Source: an uncultured Candidatus Peribacteria bacterium (GTDB taxonomy: Bacteria > Patescibacteriota > Gracilibacteria > JAHISY01). Taken from it: 64,000 nucleotides of DNA. Numbering within the stretch: the first letter of the stretch is position 1; every line of letters starts with the position of its first letter. Below the pieces are notes generated by a model that was not told where the DNA came from, searched no databases, and saw only the letters and a program-made list of their open reading frames with translations. The position numbers and the translations under genes were made by a program. Shown piece after piece: positions 1-8,803 of this stretch. Where the stretch lies: contig CAYVMX010000003.1 of assembly GCA_964452725.1 (NCBI GenBank), positions 6,670 through 70,669 of the forward strand, given 5' to 3'.

Positions 1-171
1 AGCGAGATTATGTTTACCGCCGACGATGACGAATTTTTTGATGCTGGTTTTTTTGCGTAGAGTTTTTATCTGGTGTTCAATGATCGTGACGTCGCCGAAC
101 TTCAAGAAGTTCTTGTCTGGTAGTGGCCAGAAGCGACGAGAGCGGCCGGCAGCGAGGATTAAAGCTTGCAT
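1..171 (-). CDS. Sugar-phosphate nucleotidyltransferase, N-terminal fragment (gene runs off the window start)
   Basis: Not in the ORF track because there is no stop in the window. Reverse complement from the ATG at 169-171 reads MQALILAAGRSRRFWPLPDKNFLKFG..., an LILAAGxxxR signature resembling the glycine-rich N-terminal motif of the NTP_transferase family. It lies 5 nt downstream of the murJ stop. Confidence 0.6.
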   Translation of the reverse strand, partial: MQALILAAGRSRRFWPLPDKNFLKFGDVTIIEHQIKTLRKKTSIKKFVIVGGKHNLA

Positions 172-176
172 AGAGC

Positions 177-1676
177 CTAGATTTTAGCAGAATCGGTACT
201 GTCTGGCTCGATACTGAAGTAGCGACAAACAGTGAGATAAAATCCTGCACCGAGTCCAGAGAGTATCCCGACCTTGAGCGTGAGTAGCCAGAAGCCAGTC
301 ACCAGCCAGAAGCTTGTTGCGCCGAGGATTAGTCCACCGAGTGCGCCACCGGCAAGGAAGATCTTGCCTAGAGTACTCCAAATATGACGTAAGAGCTGCT
401 TGCGTAGTAAGAAGAGCAAGAGTCCACTGCTAGTCACACCAGCCAGTGCGTAGGCGACAGCTAGACCATTGGAGTAGTGGTCTGCGATTAGCAGCTTCGC
501 CATCACCACAGTGACGATCAATGCCAATAGACTTGCCAAGAGCGGTACGCGGGTGTTTTTTTTGGCGAAAAAGGCGTTATTCAGAAGCGGTAAAACAGTA
601 AAGAAGGGAATCGCTGGTGCGAGGAGTGCTAGTGATTGTGAGACTAGCCAGATGTCGGTCTCGCCAAATTCGCCACCAAACAAAATCAGTCGTGTGATGT
701 CTGCCCGTAGGACAAAAAGACCAACAGCCGCCGGTATAGCCCAAAAAAGCACACCGATAAAATTCTTTCTCAGTAGGGGAAAGAACTCCTCAGTATGTGC
801 TGTGCGCGTCAGCGCGGCGAAGCTGACAGTAGCGTATGCTACGCCAACTACGCCGAGTGGTAGGCTGGCGAGATTCCACGCGTAGTTAAAAACTGCGAGT
901 GCACCAGTCCCGATCAACGAGGCGAAGATTGTGATCGCAATGAACTGAAATTGGCTAGCGCCGAGTGTAAGTATTCGTGGTCCAGCGAGTCGGAAAAGTG
1001 TTCGTAGTTTGCTGATTTGAAAAGTTGCCTGCCAGCGAAAACCACTTTTCAAAATCCCAGGTAGCTGAATAGTGGCGTGGAGTGCTGCACCGAGCACTGT
1101 ACCCCAAGCCAAACCATAGATACCGTATTGACTAGCCCAGACGAGTGCACCGAAGATAATACCAGCGTTGTAAAGTACAGGCGCGAACGCATACCATGTG
1201 AAGCGATGGAAGTGCTGGGCAAGTCCACCAAATACAGCCGAAAGTGTAAAAAAGAGTGGTGCGAGCAGTTGAATTCTGAGTAGCTCTGCAGTGAGTGTGA
1301 TCTGCTCAGGACCAAAGCCGGGTGTGATCAAACGGGTCAGTGGCTCTGCTAGCACAAAGATAATCACCGAGAGTGCCAAGACAGCGATGAAGAGTACATT
1401 GAGGACATTGCTGGCGAATTGGTTTTCTCGTTCGCGGTCTTTTAGCTCTGTGATGAGTGGTACAAAGGCGGCAGAAAGTGCTCCAAATATTAAAAGACTA
1501 TAGACCAAGTCTGGTAGTCGAAAGGCAGCGTAGTAAAGATCGAGCTGAAAGATGCCTTCACCTGTAGTACCAAAAGCCTGAGCAAAGAGATGGTCGCGCC
1601 AGACACCGAGTGCTCTCGAGACGAGCTGACTGGCAGCTAGTAGTCCGACTCCACCAAGAATAAATTTTTTAATCAT
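177..1676 (-). CDS. murJ: Lipid II flippase MurJ/MviN
   Basis: ORF 177..1853. The likely start is the internal Met (MIKKFILGGVGLLAASQLVSRALGVWRDHLFAQAFG) at 1676. About 14 predicted TM segments, typical MurJ N-terminus and length (499 aa). Confidence 0.85.
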   Translation of the reverse strand: MIKKFILGGVGLLAASQLVSRALGVWRDHLFAQAFGTTGEGIFQLDLYYAAFRLPDLVYSLLIFGALSAAFVPLITELKDRERENQFASNVLNVLFIAVLALSVIIFVLAEPLTRLITPGFGPEQITLTAELLRIQLLAPLFFTLSAVFGGLAQHFHRFTWYAFAPVLYNAGIIFGALVWASQYGIYGLAWGTVLGAALHATIQLPGILKSGFRWQATFQISKLRTLFRLAGPRILTLGASQFQFIAITIFASLIGTGALAVFNYAWNLASLPLGVVGVAYATVSFAALTRTAHTEEFFPLLRKNFIGVLFWAIPAAVGLFVLRADITRLILFGGEFGETDIWLVSQSLALLAPAIPFFTVLPLLNNAFFAKKNTRVPLLASLLALIVTVVMAKLLIADHYSNGLAVAYALAGVTSSGLLLFLLRKQLLRHIWSTLGKIFLAGGALGGLILGATSFWLVTGFWLLTLKVGILSGLGAGFYLTVCRYFSIEPDSTDSAKI

Positions 1677-1737
1677 TGAAGAGATTTTAACAGAATGAGG
1701 GTGTAAAATGGTTCTACTTTTTAATCCCTCACACAAG

Positions 1738-2187
1738 ATGGCCAGCTCTCTAAACAAAGTCCAGATCATCGGTAATCTCACGCGTGATATCGAATCTCGC
1801 CAAACACCCAATGGGCACACAGTCGCGACTCTCGGCGTCGCCACCAATCGCAAGTGGAAAGGCTCAGACGGACAACTCCAAGAAGAAGTCGAGTTTCACA
1901 ATGTCGTCGTCTGGGGACGTCTTGCGGAGATTTGTCAGCAGTATTTGAAAAAAGGTTCGAAGGTTTATTTCGATGGTCACCTCAAGACTCGTACCTGGGA
2001 GGACCCCGAAGGCAAGAAAAATTACAAGACTGAGATCGTTGCAGAAAACATGATTATGCTTGATTCGCGCGGTGCAAGTGGCGGTGCACCAGCTCCAGCT
2101 GCTACGCCTGCGGCGAATCCAACACCAGCTGCCCCAGCATCGGGGGCTCCGGCTGAGGAGATCAAGATCGATGATTTGCCGTTTTAG
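1738..2187 (+). CDS. ssb: Single-stranded DNA-binding protein
   Basis: MASSLNKVQIIGNLTRDIESRQTPNG...VEFHNVVVWGRLAE is an OB fold. It has a Pro/Ala-rich linker and the canonical acidic tail ending DDLPF. Confidence 0.95.
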   Translation: MASSLNKVQIIGNLTRDIESRQTPNGHTVATLGVATNRKWKGSDGQLQEEVEFHNVVVWGRLAEICQQYLKKGSKVYFDGHLKTRTWEDPEGKKNYKTEIVAENMIMLDSRGASGGAPAPAATPAANPTPAAPASGAPAEEIKIDDLPF

Positions 2188-2218
2188 GATGCGGTGAATA
2201 AGTTTTTTTTAAAAATAC

Positions 2219-2246
2219 AAAAAACCCGCCGCGGCGGGTTTTTTTG
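2219..2246. terminator. Bidirectional rho-independent terminator between the convergent ssb and surface-protein genes
   Basis: aaaaCCCGCcgcgGCGGGttttttt: a GC stem flanked by an A-run and a T-run. Confidence 0.8.
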
Positions 2247-2260
2247 TTACCGATTAGTAT

Positions 2261-4645
2261 TTAGTTTCTTTGACGACGTCGGTAGATCAGCCAGCTGCCC
2301 ATGATAGCTAGACCGGCTGCGAGCGCGAGCGCTTCGACTGGTCCGACTTCTATCTTGAGCACATTGGAAAAGTTGGCGGCTTCGTGGCCCTCGGCGTAGA
2401 ATGCACGGACAGAAAAATAATATTCTGTATTGGCAGCGAGACCGGTAGGTTTGAGATAAGGTGTGGTGACTTCGGCGGTTGGCAGGTCAAAATAGTTGGG
2501 TTGGGTGCCAGCATAGACACGGTAGCCAGCTGCGCCAGCGACGGGGTTCCAGATCAAGATCGGGCTACCGCCAGCGTCTTTGCGCTGCCAGAGCTGGATT
2601 GGCTCTTCGGTGATATCTGGTTTTACTCCCGCAGCGTTGCGACAGTTGCCCGCACCAGGTGTGGCGACGACTTCTTCATTGGTCTGGAAAACAATCTGAT
2701 TGGCAGCGTCGAGTCCACGAACTGTGAAGTAGTAGGGCACTCCGTTGATAAGATTGCGGACTTCCCAAGTGGTGCGGCGACCGAGTAGGTTTTGGCGTTC
2801 GAGATAGTCACTTGATTTTAGTCCGTAGGCGATTTGGTAGTGACGGATTCGTTCGTCTGCTTGGTCTTGCCAGTCGAGCTGGACTGTGGCGTCACAGGCA
2901 GTTGCACGGAGATTTAAATATGAGCGTGGTGTCTCTTTGACGACTTCGCTTTTACCATTGGGCGTACCATCGGTGTCATAGGACATGACTTGAAAGTAAT
3001 AAACAGTTTGGTCATTGAGTCCGGTGATGTGCCAGCTGGTACCGCTATCGGCGGTAGTATAGTCTCGGTCGAGATTGTCTTCTGCGCGTCCGTAGAGGAT
3101 CGTGTAGTAGCTGATCTCGGTGTGGTTTGCTGGTGGATCCCAAGTGAGGTTGACGCGTTTACTCTGGGGAGTGGTCTGTATAGAGCGAATAGTGATAGGA
3201 GTCTCGACGGTGATGCTGCCAGCAGCAGTTTCGACCAGAGTGTTGCCAGCTGTGTCTACCAGAGTGACATCAAACAAGTGTTTGCCAGGAGTGGTAGCTG
3301 TGACTCTGGCAGAGTAAGCGCCAGCCATGCCTTCAATTAGGTCAATTTGTTTGCCGTCAAGGCTGAGCTTGGCTTCTTTTAGTTGAGCTTCACTCTGGAC
3401 GGTGATGACTGACTCTGATCCGCTGGTGATAGTGATGGGATTTGAAGTGACGCTGGTGATGGTCGGCAGTGTCGTGTCGATAGTGATTGGCACTAGGTCA
3501 GAGATAGACACGATAGAGTCGTTGAAGTCCAGTAGTGCTACCTTGAGCTCTAGTCCGCCATCGGTTAGTCCAGATATAGTGAGGCTAAATTTGCCATTTA
3601 GGTCGGAGGTGGCACGTTCGGAGATTTGACCATTTACAAATGCGACGATATTAGAATTTGCGATTGTGGCGCCACTGACGGTAAGTGTGTTTTGGTTAAA
3701 AAGTGAATTTTTAGTTGGGCTGACAATAATTGGTGCGTCTTGTTTGGCGATTATGCCGTCGTTGACCTGGACGCTCAGAGTGGCCGGAGTAGTGTCTTTG
3801 TCAGTTGTGATATCGAGTGTAGTAGCGCCTGGTTCGACTAGAGTTACGGCATTGGCAAAGGTGTGTATGCCGCGGTCTAGTAGTGTAAAGGTATAGTCAC
3901 GAGGTAGTAGCGCGAGAGGGTCTGTACTCTCAAAAGTCACTGTACCAGTGTAGTCCTCTAGTACGATGCCATCAGTGTCAGTAATGCTGACCGTGATGTC
4001 AGTTGGTTCGTTGACCGCTACAGCTGTCGGGAAATCAACAGTTAGTTTTTCTTTTGCGGCAGTCAGCTCAGTATTGAGAGCATCACCGGTCTGTGCGAGC
4101 AGTTGATTGCCCAGTGTATTACTATCTCCGCCGACAGCATTGGCGTTGTTGAGGAAGACGATCCGGCTGCGTTCGGTGAGTGTCGTGCCCGAGGTGGTGT
4201 CTATAGCTGTGAAGGTGCCGACACCTTCGGTATTGCTAGTCACGGCAAAGACCGCTTCCCCATTGGTATTAGTCGTACCTTGGATTATTTGGATTTGATC
4301 AGCTGGACGACTGCCGATTAGGTTTACTGTATGACCAGCGAGCGGGTTGCCATTTGTATCACGCAGGGTTGCGGTGAGAGTTGATTTGGCTGTCCCCAAA
4401 AAAACTAATTCATCACTAGCTCGCAAGGTTGATTTTTTTATCGAGACAGCTGCTGTCGATGTCGTCGTATTGGTCGTAAGTCCTGCATTGACAGCGCCTA
4501 GAGCACTGATCGGTACGAGTGCGTAGCCACTGGGTATCTGCTGGGCAAAGACTGGCGCAGTCGTCAGACTGACACCTAGCATTACGAGCAAGCTGGCTAG
4601 TATTTTTTTGGTCATTTGATTTGGGTTTTTGAAAGAAATTTTCAT
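2261..4645 (-). CDS. Large secreted, C-terminally membrane-anchored surface protein with Ig-like (Big_1-type) and fibronectin type III repeats
   Basis: Signal peptide MTKKILASLLVMLGVSLTTAPVFA (the true start may be Met11 at 4615). Big_1-like LTATLRDTNGNPLAGHTVNL...TNTNGEAVF. Several FN3-like W..P......Y.v.Y modules. C-terminal TM plus RRRQRN stop-transfer sequence. Confidence 0.75.
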   Translation of the reverse strand: MKISFKNPNQMTKKILASLLVMLGVSLTTAPVFAQQIPSGYALVPISALGAVNAGLTTNTTTSTAAVSIKKSTLRASDELVFLGTAKSTLTATLRDTNGNPLAGHTVNLIGSRPADQIQIIQGTTNTNGEAVFAVTSNTEGVGTFTAIDTTSGTTLTERSRIVFLNNANAVGGDSNTLGNQLLAQTGDALNTELTAAKEKLTVDFPTAVAVNEPTDITVSITDTDGIVLEDYTGTVTFESTDPLALLPRDYTFTLLDRGIHTFANAVTLVEPGATTLDITTDKDTTPATLSVQVNDGIIAKQDAPIIVSPTKNSLFNQNTLTVSGATIANSNIVAFVNGQISERATSDLNGKFSLTISGLTDGGLELKVALLDFNDSIVSISDLVPITIDTTLPTITSVTSNPITITSGSESVITVQSEAQLKEAKLSLDGKQIDLIEGMAGAYSARVTATTPGKHLFDVTLVDTAGNTLVETAAGSITVETPITIRSIQTTPQSKRVNLTWDPPANHTEISYYTILYGRAEDNLDRDYTTADSGTSWHITGLNDQTVYYFQVMSYDTDGTPNGKSEVVKETPRSYLNLRATACDATVQLDWQDQADERIRHYQIAYGLKSSDYLERQNLLGRRTTWEVRNLINGVPYYFTVRGLDAANQIVFQTNEEVVATPGAGNCRNAAGVKPDITEEPIQLWQRKDAGGSPILIWNPVAGAAGYRVYAGTQPNYFDLPTAEVTTPYLKPTGLAANTEYYFSVRAFYAEGHEAANFSNVLKIEVGPVEALALAAGLAIMGSWLIYRRRQRN

Positions 4646-4648
4646 ATT

Positions 4649-4677
4649 ATCTTATCAAATTTTGCAGATTTGGTCAA
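4649..4677 (-). promoter_or_regulatory. Candidate sigma70-type promoter for the surface-protein gene
   Basis: On the minus strand: TTGACC-17 nt-TAAGAT, preceded by TGa (extended -10). It sits only 3 nt upstream of ATG 4645, which favours the downstream Met11 as the start. Confidence 0.3.
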
Positions 4678-4753
4678 TCGTAGCAGCTTGCCACTCTATA
4701 AAAATAGTGTTTTCATCATATTTGTAAAAAGGCACTCTGAATAAGAATTTAAG

Positions 4754-4923
4754 TGGTGCGCCAGGAGGGGTTCGAAGTTAGCTGTATGGTCGTATTAGTC
4801 CCCAGCACAGTTTGCGGTGCGCACCGGCATGATAGTCCAGATTAAAACCTTGTGCCTTTCGAGTTTCTCGACACTCGCTAGTTCTCCACGCAGAACATCC
4901 CACCTGTGGTGGGATAGCCTGTA
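4754..4923 (-). repeat. tRNA-3'-linked element, copy A: 147-nt insert plus a 23-nt repeat of the tRNA-Arg(UCG) 3' end
   Basis: 4754-4776 is identical to 4924-4946 (tggtgcgccaggaggggttcgaa). The insert carries the hairpin tcccacc-acag-gtggga, GTTCTGCGTGG, the palindrome CGGTGCGCACCG (4815-4826) and the terminus ACAGCTAAC. Confidence 0.85.
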
Positions 4924-5000
4924 TGGTGCGCCAGGAGGGGTTCGAACCCCCGACCCCCGGTTCCGAAGACCGGTGCTCTATCCAGCTGAGCTACTGGCGC
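4924..5000 (-). tRNA. tRNA-Arg (anticodon UCG), CCA encoded
   Basis: The reverse complement gcgccagtagctcagctggatagagcaccggtcttcggaaccgggggtcgggggttcgaacccctcctggcgcacca folds as a cloverleaf. Anticodon loop cTTCGga. Confidence 0.95.
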
Positions 5001-5011
5001 ATAGAGTTAGT

Positions 5012-6424
5012 TTAATCTATTCGGTAGTGCGTGCCTATACTTCGTTTGCGTTTGAGTGCTGCCTTGGTTATCAATAGTGCGGCGGTACGAGCGTTTTTTG
5101 TAGTTAGGCTTTGTGGTTTGAGTTTGGTTAGGGTTTTTAGCGCGGAGAGTAGACCAGCTTTGCTACGGACAATACCAACGTGCTGCCACATAGTCTGGCG
5201 AATAGTTTTTAAAACTTGAGCATCTGTAGGGTGCTTGAAAGTGTACTGCGGTATTTTTGGCTCTGATTTCAAAAGTGGTCGAATAGATCCAGCTAACCCA
5301 ACAGCTAGCCCGAAGACAACAGCTTCAGCCAACGAGTTGCTAGCGAGACGATTCGCGCCATGGACACCAGTGGCTGCGACCTCACCGATAGCGAAGAGGT
5401 TTTTGAGATTGGTTTCGCCTTTCAAATTTGTCGTTACGCCACCACAGGCATAGTGTGCGACTGGGAAGATTGAGATTAGGTCTTTCGCGAGGTTAAAGCC
5501 AGTTTTTTGGACTTCACTCCAGATGAGCGGAAAGCGCTCTTTGAGCCAGTTTGGTTCAGCGCGGGTAAAGTCGAGGTAGACTTTCCCCTTTTTCAATTCA
5601 GCGAAGATCGCGCGTGCGACTATGTCTCGTGGGGCTAGTTCGGCGGCTTTGTCATAGGCTGTCATGAAGCGTTCGCCGCGTGCATTGCGCAGGACAGCAC
5701 CTTCACCGCGGAGACTTTCCGAGAGCAGTGTTAGTCGTGTTTGGCGACTGACGAGAGCAGTCGGGTGAAACTGTACAAACTCCAAATCTTTTAATACGGC
5801 ACCAGCGCGGTAGGCTGCGGCTAGCCCATCGCCAGCTGAGACAGTCGGGTTCGTAGTGCGAGCGTAGAGCTGCCCAAAGCCGCCAGTGGCGAGTACGGTC
5901 TGACCAGCGAGTATGGAAGAGGTTTTGTATTTGGTTTTTACAAAGGCACCATAGCAGACATTTTTTCGTACGATGAGGTCTAGTAGCGTCGTGTTGGTTA
6001 GGATTCTAATGTTTTTATTGGCACGGACTTTTTTTGCTAGTACTTTTTCGATTGTCTCGCCTGTGGAGTCTTTCGTATGCCAAATACGACTGTGGCTATG
6101 AGCAGCCTCGCGAGTCGGTTCAGTGGCGAACCGTACTCCGAGCGACTCTAGCCAGTCGACGGCTGCTGGTGCGTGCTCTACGAGGAAGTGCGTGGCACGT
6201 TTATCATTTGTGCCTGCGCCAGCATAGAGTGTGTCACGGTAGTGCTCGGCGAAGCTATCCCAGTGGAGATCGCGTACAGCAGCGATGCCTGCCTGAGCGT
6301 AGCGGCTGGAGCTTTCTAGCAGATTGGACTTGGTGATTAAAGTTACCTGACCTCGCTTTGCGAGTGTGAGTCCAGCAGTGAGACCTGCGATACCCGAGCC
6401 GATGATGAGGAAGTTAGTTTGCAA
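5012..6424 (-). CDS. nadB: L-aspartate oxidase
   Basis: FAD dinucleotide fold IIGSGIAGLTAGL, plus HYACGG and GANRLASNSL motifs of the NadB/succinate dehydrogenase flavoprotein family. Adjacent to nadC. Confidence 0.92.
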   Translation of the reverse strand: MQTNFLIIGSGIAGLTAGLTLAKRGQVTLITKSNLLESSSRYAQAGIAAVRDLHWDSFAEHYRDTLYAGAGTNDKRATHFLVEHAPAAVDWLESLGVRFATEPTREAAHSHSRIWHTKDSTGETIEKVLAKKVRANKNIRILTNTTLLDLIVRKNVCYGAFVKTKYKTSSILAGQTVLATGGFGQLYARTTNPTVSAGDGLAAAYRAGAVLKDLEFVQFHPTALVSRQTRLTLLSESLRGEGAVLRNARGERFMTAYDKAAELAPRDIVARAIFAELKKGKVYLDFTRAEPNWLKERFPLIWSEVQKTGFNLAKDLISIFPVAHYACGGVTTNLKGETNLKNLFAIGEVAATGVHGANRLASNSLAEAVVFGLAVGLAGSIRPLLKSEPKIPQYTFKHPTDAQVLKTIRQTMWQHVGIVRSKAGLLSALKTLTKLKPQSLTTKNARTAALLITKAALKRKRSIGTHYRID

Positions 6425-7277
6425 TCTTCAAAGAAAAATCTAAAGCAGGACTGCTGTGCGTGAGCGCGCCGAGCGAGACATAATCTGCACCAGTTTTGAG
6501 ATAATGCTTGGCATTTTTGGTAGTGATATTGCCAGAGGCCTCAAGTAATATCTTGGGGTTGATCGCACGGAGTTTGGGTATGAGTTTTTGGAGTTTGGCT
6601 GGTGTGAAGTTGTCGAGCAAGAGGATTAGGTTCTTAGAATCCTGAAAGTACTTGGCTATTTTAGTAGCTAGTTTGGTCGTGTTGGTTTCGATCTCGAAAG
6701 GTTCACGAGTTGCGATTTGCTGCCAGCAGGTTGGGTCTAGCGCGAGGTGGTTGTCTTTGACGAGGATTTGGTCACTCAGACTCAATCGGTGTGAAAGTCC
6801 CCCACCGAGCACGACCGCACGACAGTCGAGTAGCCCGAGTGGGGTCTTGCGCGTGGCGGCGATTTTATTTTTACCGACTTGTTTTACTACATCGGCAGTG
6901 GCGGTAGCGATACCCGAGAGTCGTTGAATTAAATTCAAAGCGGTGCGTTCGGTTGTCAAAATATTCAGTGCGCTGCCGGTGAGTCGTGCTACGATCTCGC
7001 CGCGTTTTATCTGCGCACCATCACGTTTACGCTTTGTGATTTTTACTTTGTGTTTCCCCCAAAAGTACTCTGCTTCATCTAGTCCAGCGAGGACACCAGT
7101 TTGTTTGGCTTTGACTATGGCTTTTACTTTGGCGTGCGGATTTTTTAGCAGCGTGGTGGTGTTGTCGCCTGCGCCGATATCGGCGCGGTAGATCAGCTCA
7201 AGTAGCTCACTGGTGAATTTGCGATAAGTAGGGTTTTTCAATGTGAGCCGGGCGGACTGGCGAGCGGAGGGTTTCAT
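6414..7277 (-). CDS. nadC: Nicotinate-nucleotide (quinolinate) pyrophosphorylase
   Basis: TRKTPLGLL, VKDNH and LLDNF motifs typical of QPRTase. Overlaps the nadB start by 11 nt. Confidence 0.9.
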   Translation of the reverse strand: MKPSARQSARLTLKNPTYRKFTSELLELIYRADIGAGDNTTTLLKNPHAKVKAIVKAKQTGVLAGLDEAEYFWGKHKVKITKRKRDGAQIKRGEIVARLTGSALNILTTERTALNLIQRLSGIATATADVVKQVGKNKIAATRKTPLGLLDCRAVVLGGGLSHRLSLSDQILVKDNHLALDPTCWQQIATREPFEIETNTTKLATKIAKYFQDSKNLILLLDNFTPAKLQKLIPKLRAINPKILLEASGNITTKNAKHYLKTGADYVSLGALTHSSPALDFSLKIAN

Positions 7278-8803
7278 ATTTTCTTTATCATATAGGGCTT
7301 ATCCAAATAATACCCGAGCTTACGATAATATGGACGGACACCGATACCTGCTGGGATTTTGATTAGCTTTACTCTGGATTTTTTGGCGATTTTTTCAGCG
7401 TGATCTAGTAGGCGGCGTCCATAGCCGTGGTGTTGTCCAGAGGCTTTGGTTCGCTGTGTGAGGGCAAGCTCCTGACCGTAGCTGTGGAGCTCACGGACGA
7501 AAGCAGTTCGATCAGTCGCGCACAGACGTAGGCGACAAAAGGCAAGGATTTTATCCTGCTTGGTGTCTTCGTAGCTCAAAAAAATCTCCTGCTCTCCCGA
7601 TGCGATGAAAACGCGTTTGATTAGCTCTACGTTCTTTGGATCAAATTTTGTATCGCGAATTTCGCGACAGCGGATACAACGACACTTTACTTTTTTGTTT
7701 TGGAGGATTTGGCGTAGATTGGTTAGTTTACAGCCAGCGAGTATTGAGGTAGCTGGGATATCGCGAACAATGCGCGCGAGGCGACAGTATTCAGGTGTGA
7801 TTTTTTTCAGCTCGGCGACGAGACTGGTCAGTACTGTATTGGAGTAGGGGTGGTATTGTTGTGCGCGCCAGAGTCGCTCCAGACCAGTGCCAGCAAGTAC
7901 GGAGCAGGGGTAGATTTTTAGCTGGTCGGGGCGGTAGTCGTCACTCTCGAAGAGCACGTGAAACATAGCGAGGTCCTTGGCTGGTGTAGTGCCGGGCAGA
8001 TCGGGCATCATATGGAGTCCGACCTTGAGTCCAGCGTTTTTCAGTAGCTTTATCGCGGTGGCAGTCTGGGCAGCGGTGTGTCCGCGTTTGGTAAATTTCA
8101 AAACAGTATCATCGAGCGACTGAGCGCCGAGCTCTACGCGCGTGACACCGAGTCGCATTTGATGACGAACTTCTGCTAGGCTGAGCCAGTCGGGGCGTGT
8201 CTCGATCGTCAGTCCGACGAGGCGAGACTGGGCGCGTTCGTTGGCAGTTTGGAGGTCGGAGAGTGAGTTAGATTTAGCTTTTGTCTTTGTGTTTAGTGCC
8301 TGTAAGCAGCGGCGTACAAACCAAGTCTGATACCAGCGTGGCAGCGCTGTCCAAGTACCGCCGAGGATTATGAGTTCGATTTTTTCGGCGGGGTGACCAC
8401 AAGCTTGGAGTGAGGCGAGGCGTTCGCTGACTTGGCGGTGAGGGTCAAACTGATTGCGTACAGCGCGCATAGCGCCAGGTTGATTGCTGAGATAGCTTTT
8501 GGGTAGACCTTTTTCGCTAGGGCAAAAAATACACCGACCTGGGCAGCCAAAGTCACGTGTCAAAACTGTAATGACCGAGACACCCGAAAGACTACGGATG
8601 GGACGACGGATAAGGAGTTTTTCTAATGCAGGAGCGGGTTTAATTTTTTTTTCGGTAAGGAGTTTTTTGTAAGCAGCTAGCAATCGACTATTCGGCAGCA
8701 GGGCGCTGCCTGCAGCATAGCGGGCTTTGATTTGGCGCAAACTCTTCTCCGAGTTAACCTTCTCTTTGAGTGTGGCGAGAATTATTTTTTTAGCAGTTTG
8801 CAT
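7274..8803 (-). CDS. elp3: Elp3-family radical SAM/GNAT tRNA U34 modification enzyme
   Basis: Radical SAM cluster motif GCPGRCIFCP. Elp3-specific SNQPGAMRAVRNQFDPHRQVSERLASLQACGHPAEKIELIILGGTW. C-terminal GNAT motif HHGYGRRLLDHAE. The ATG at 8803 is preferred over the TTG at 8809. The stop overlaps the nadC start (ATGA). Confidence 0.85.
   Translation of the reverse strand: MQTAKKIILATLKEKVNSEKSLRQIKARYAAGSALLPNSRLLAAYKKLLTEKKIKPAPALEKLLIRRPIRSLSGVSVITVLTRDFGCPGRCIFCPSEKGLPKSYLSNQPGAMRAVRNQFDPHRQVSERLASLQACGHPAEKIELIILGGTWTALPRWYQTWFVRRCLQALNTKTKAKSNSLSDLQTANERAQSRLVGLTIETRPDWLSLAEVRHQMRLGVTRVELGAQSLDDTVLKFTKRGHTAAQTATAIKLLKNAGLKVGLHMMPDLPGTTPAKDLAMFHVLFESDDYRPDQLKIYPCSVLAGTGLERLWRAQQYHPYSNTVLTSLVAELKKITPEYCRLARIVRDIPATSILAGCKLTNLRQILQNKKVKCRCIRCREIRDTKFDPKNVELIKRVFIASGEQEIFLSYEDTKQDKILAFCRLRLCATDRTAFVRELHSYGQELALTQRTKASGQHHGYGRRLLDHAEKIAKKSRVKLIKIPAGIGVRPYYRKLGYYLDKPYMIKKI

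Noticed and set aside
4817-5077. 86-aa ORF spanning tRNA-Arg(UCG), and similar ORFs at 25014..25487 spanning tRNA-Ser and rpmB
   Set aside because: They read through tRNA genes, the repeat element and the L28 gene. The tRNA and L28 assignments are unambiguous.
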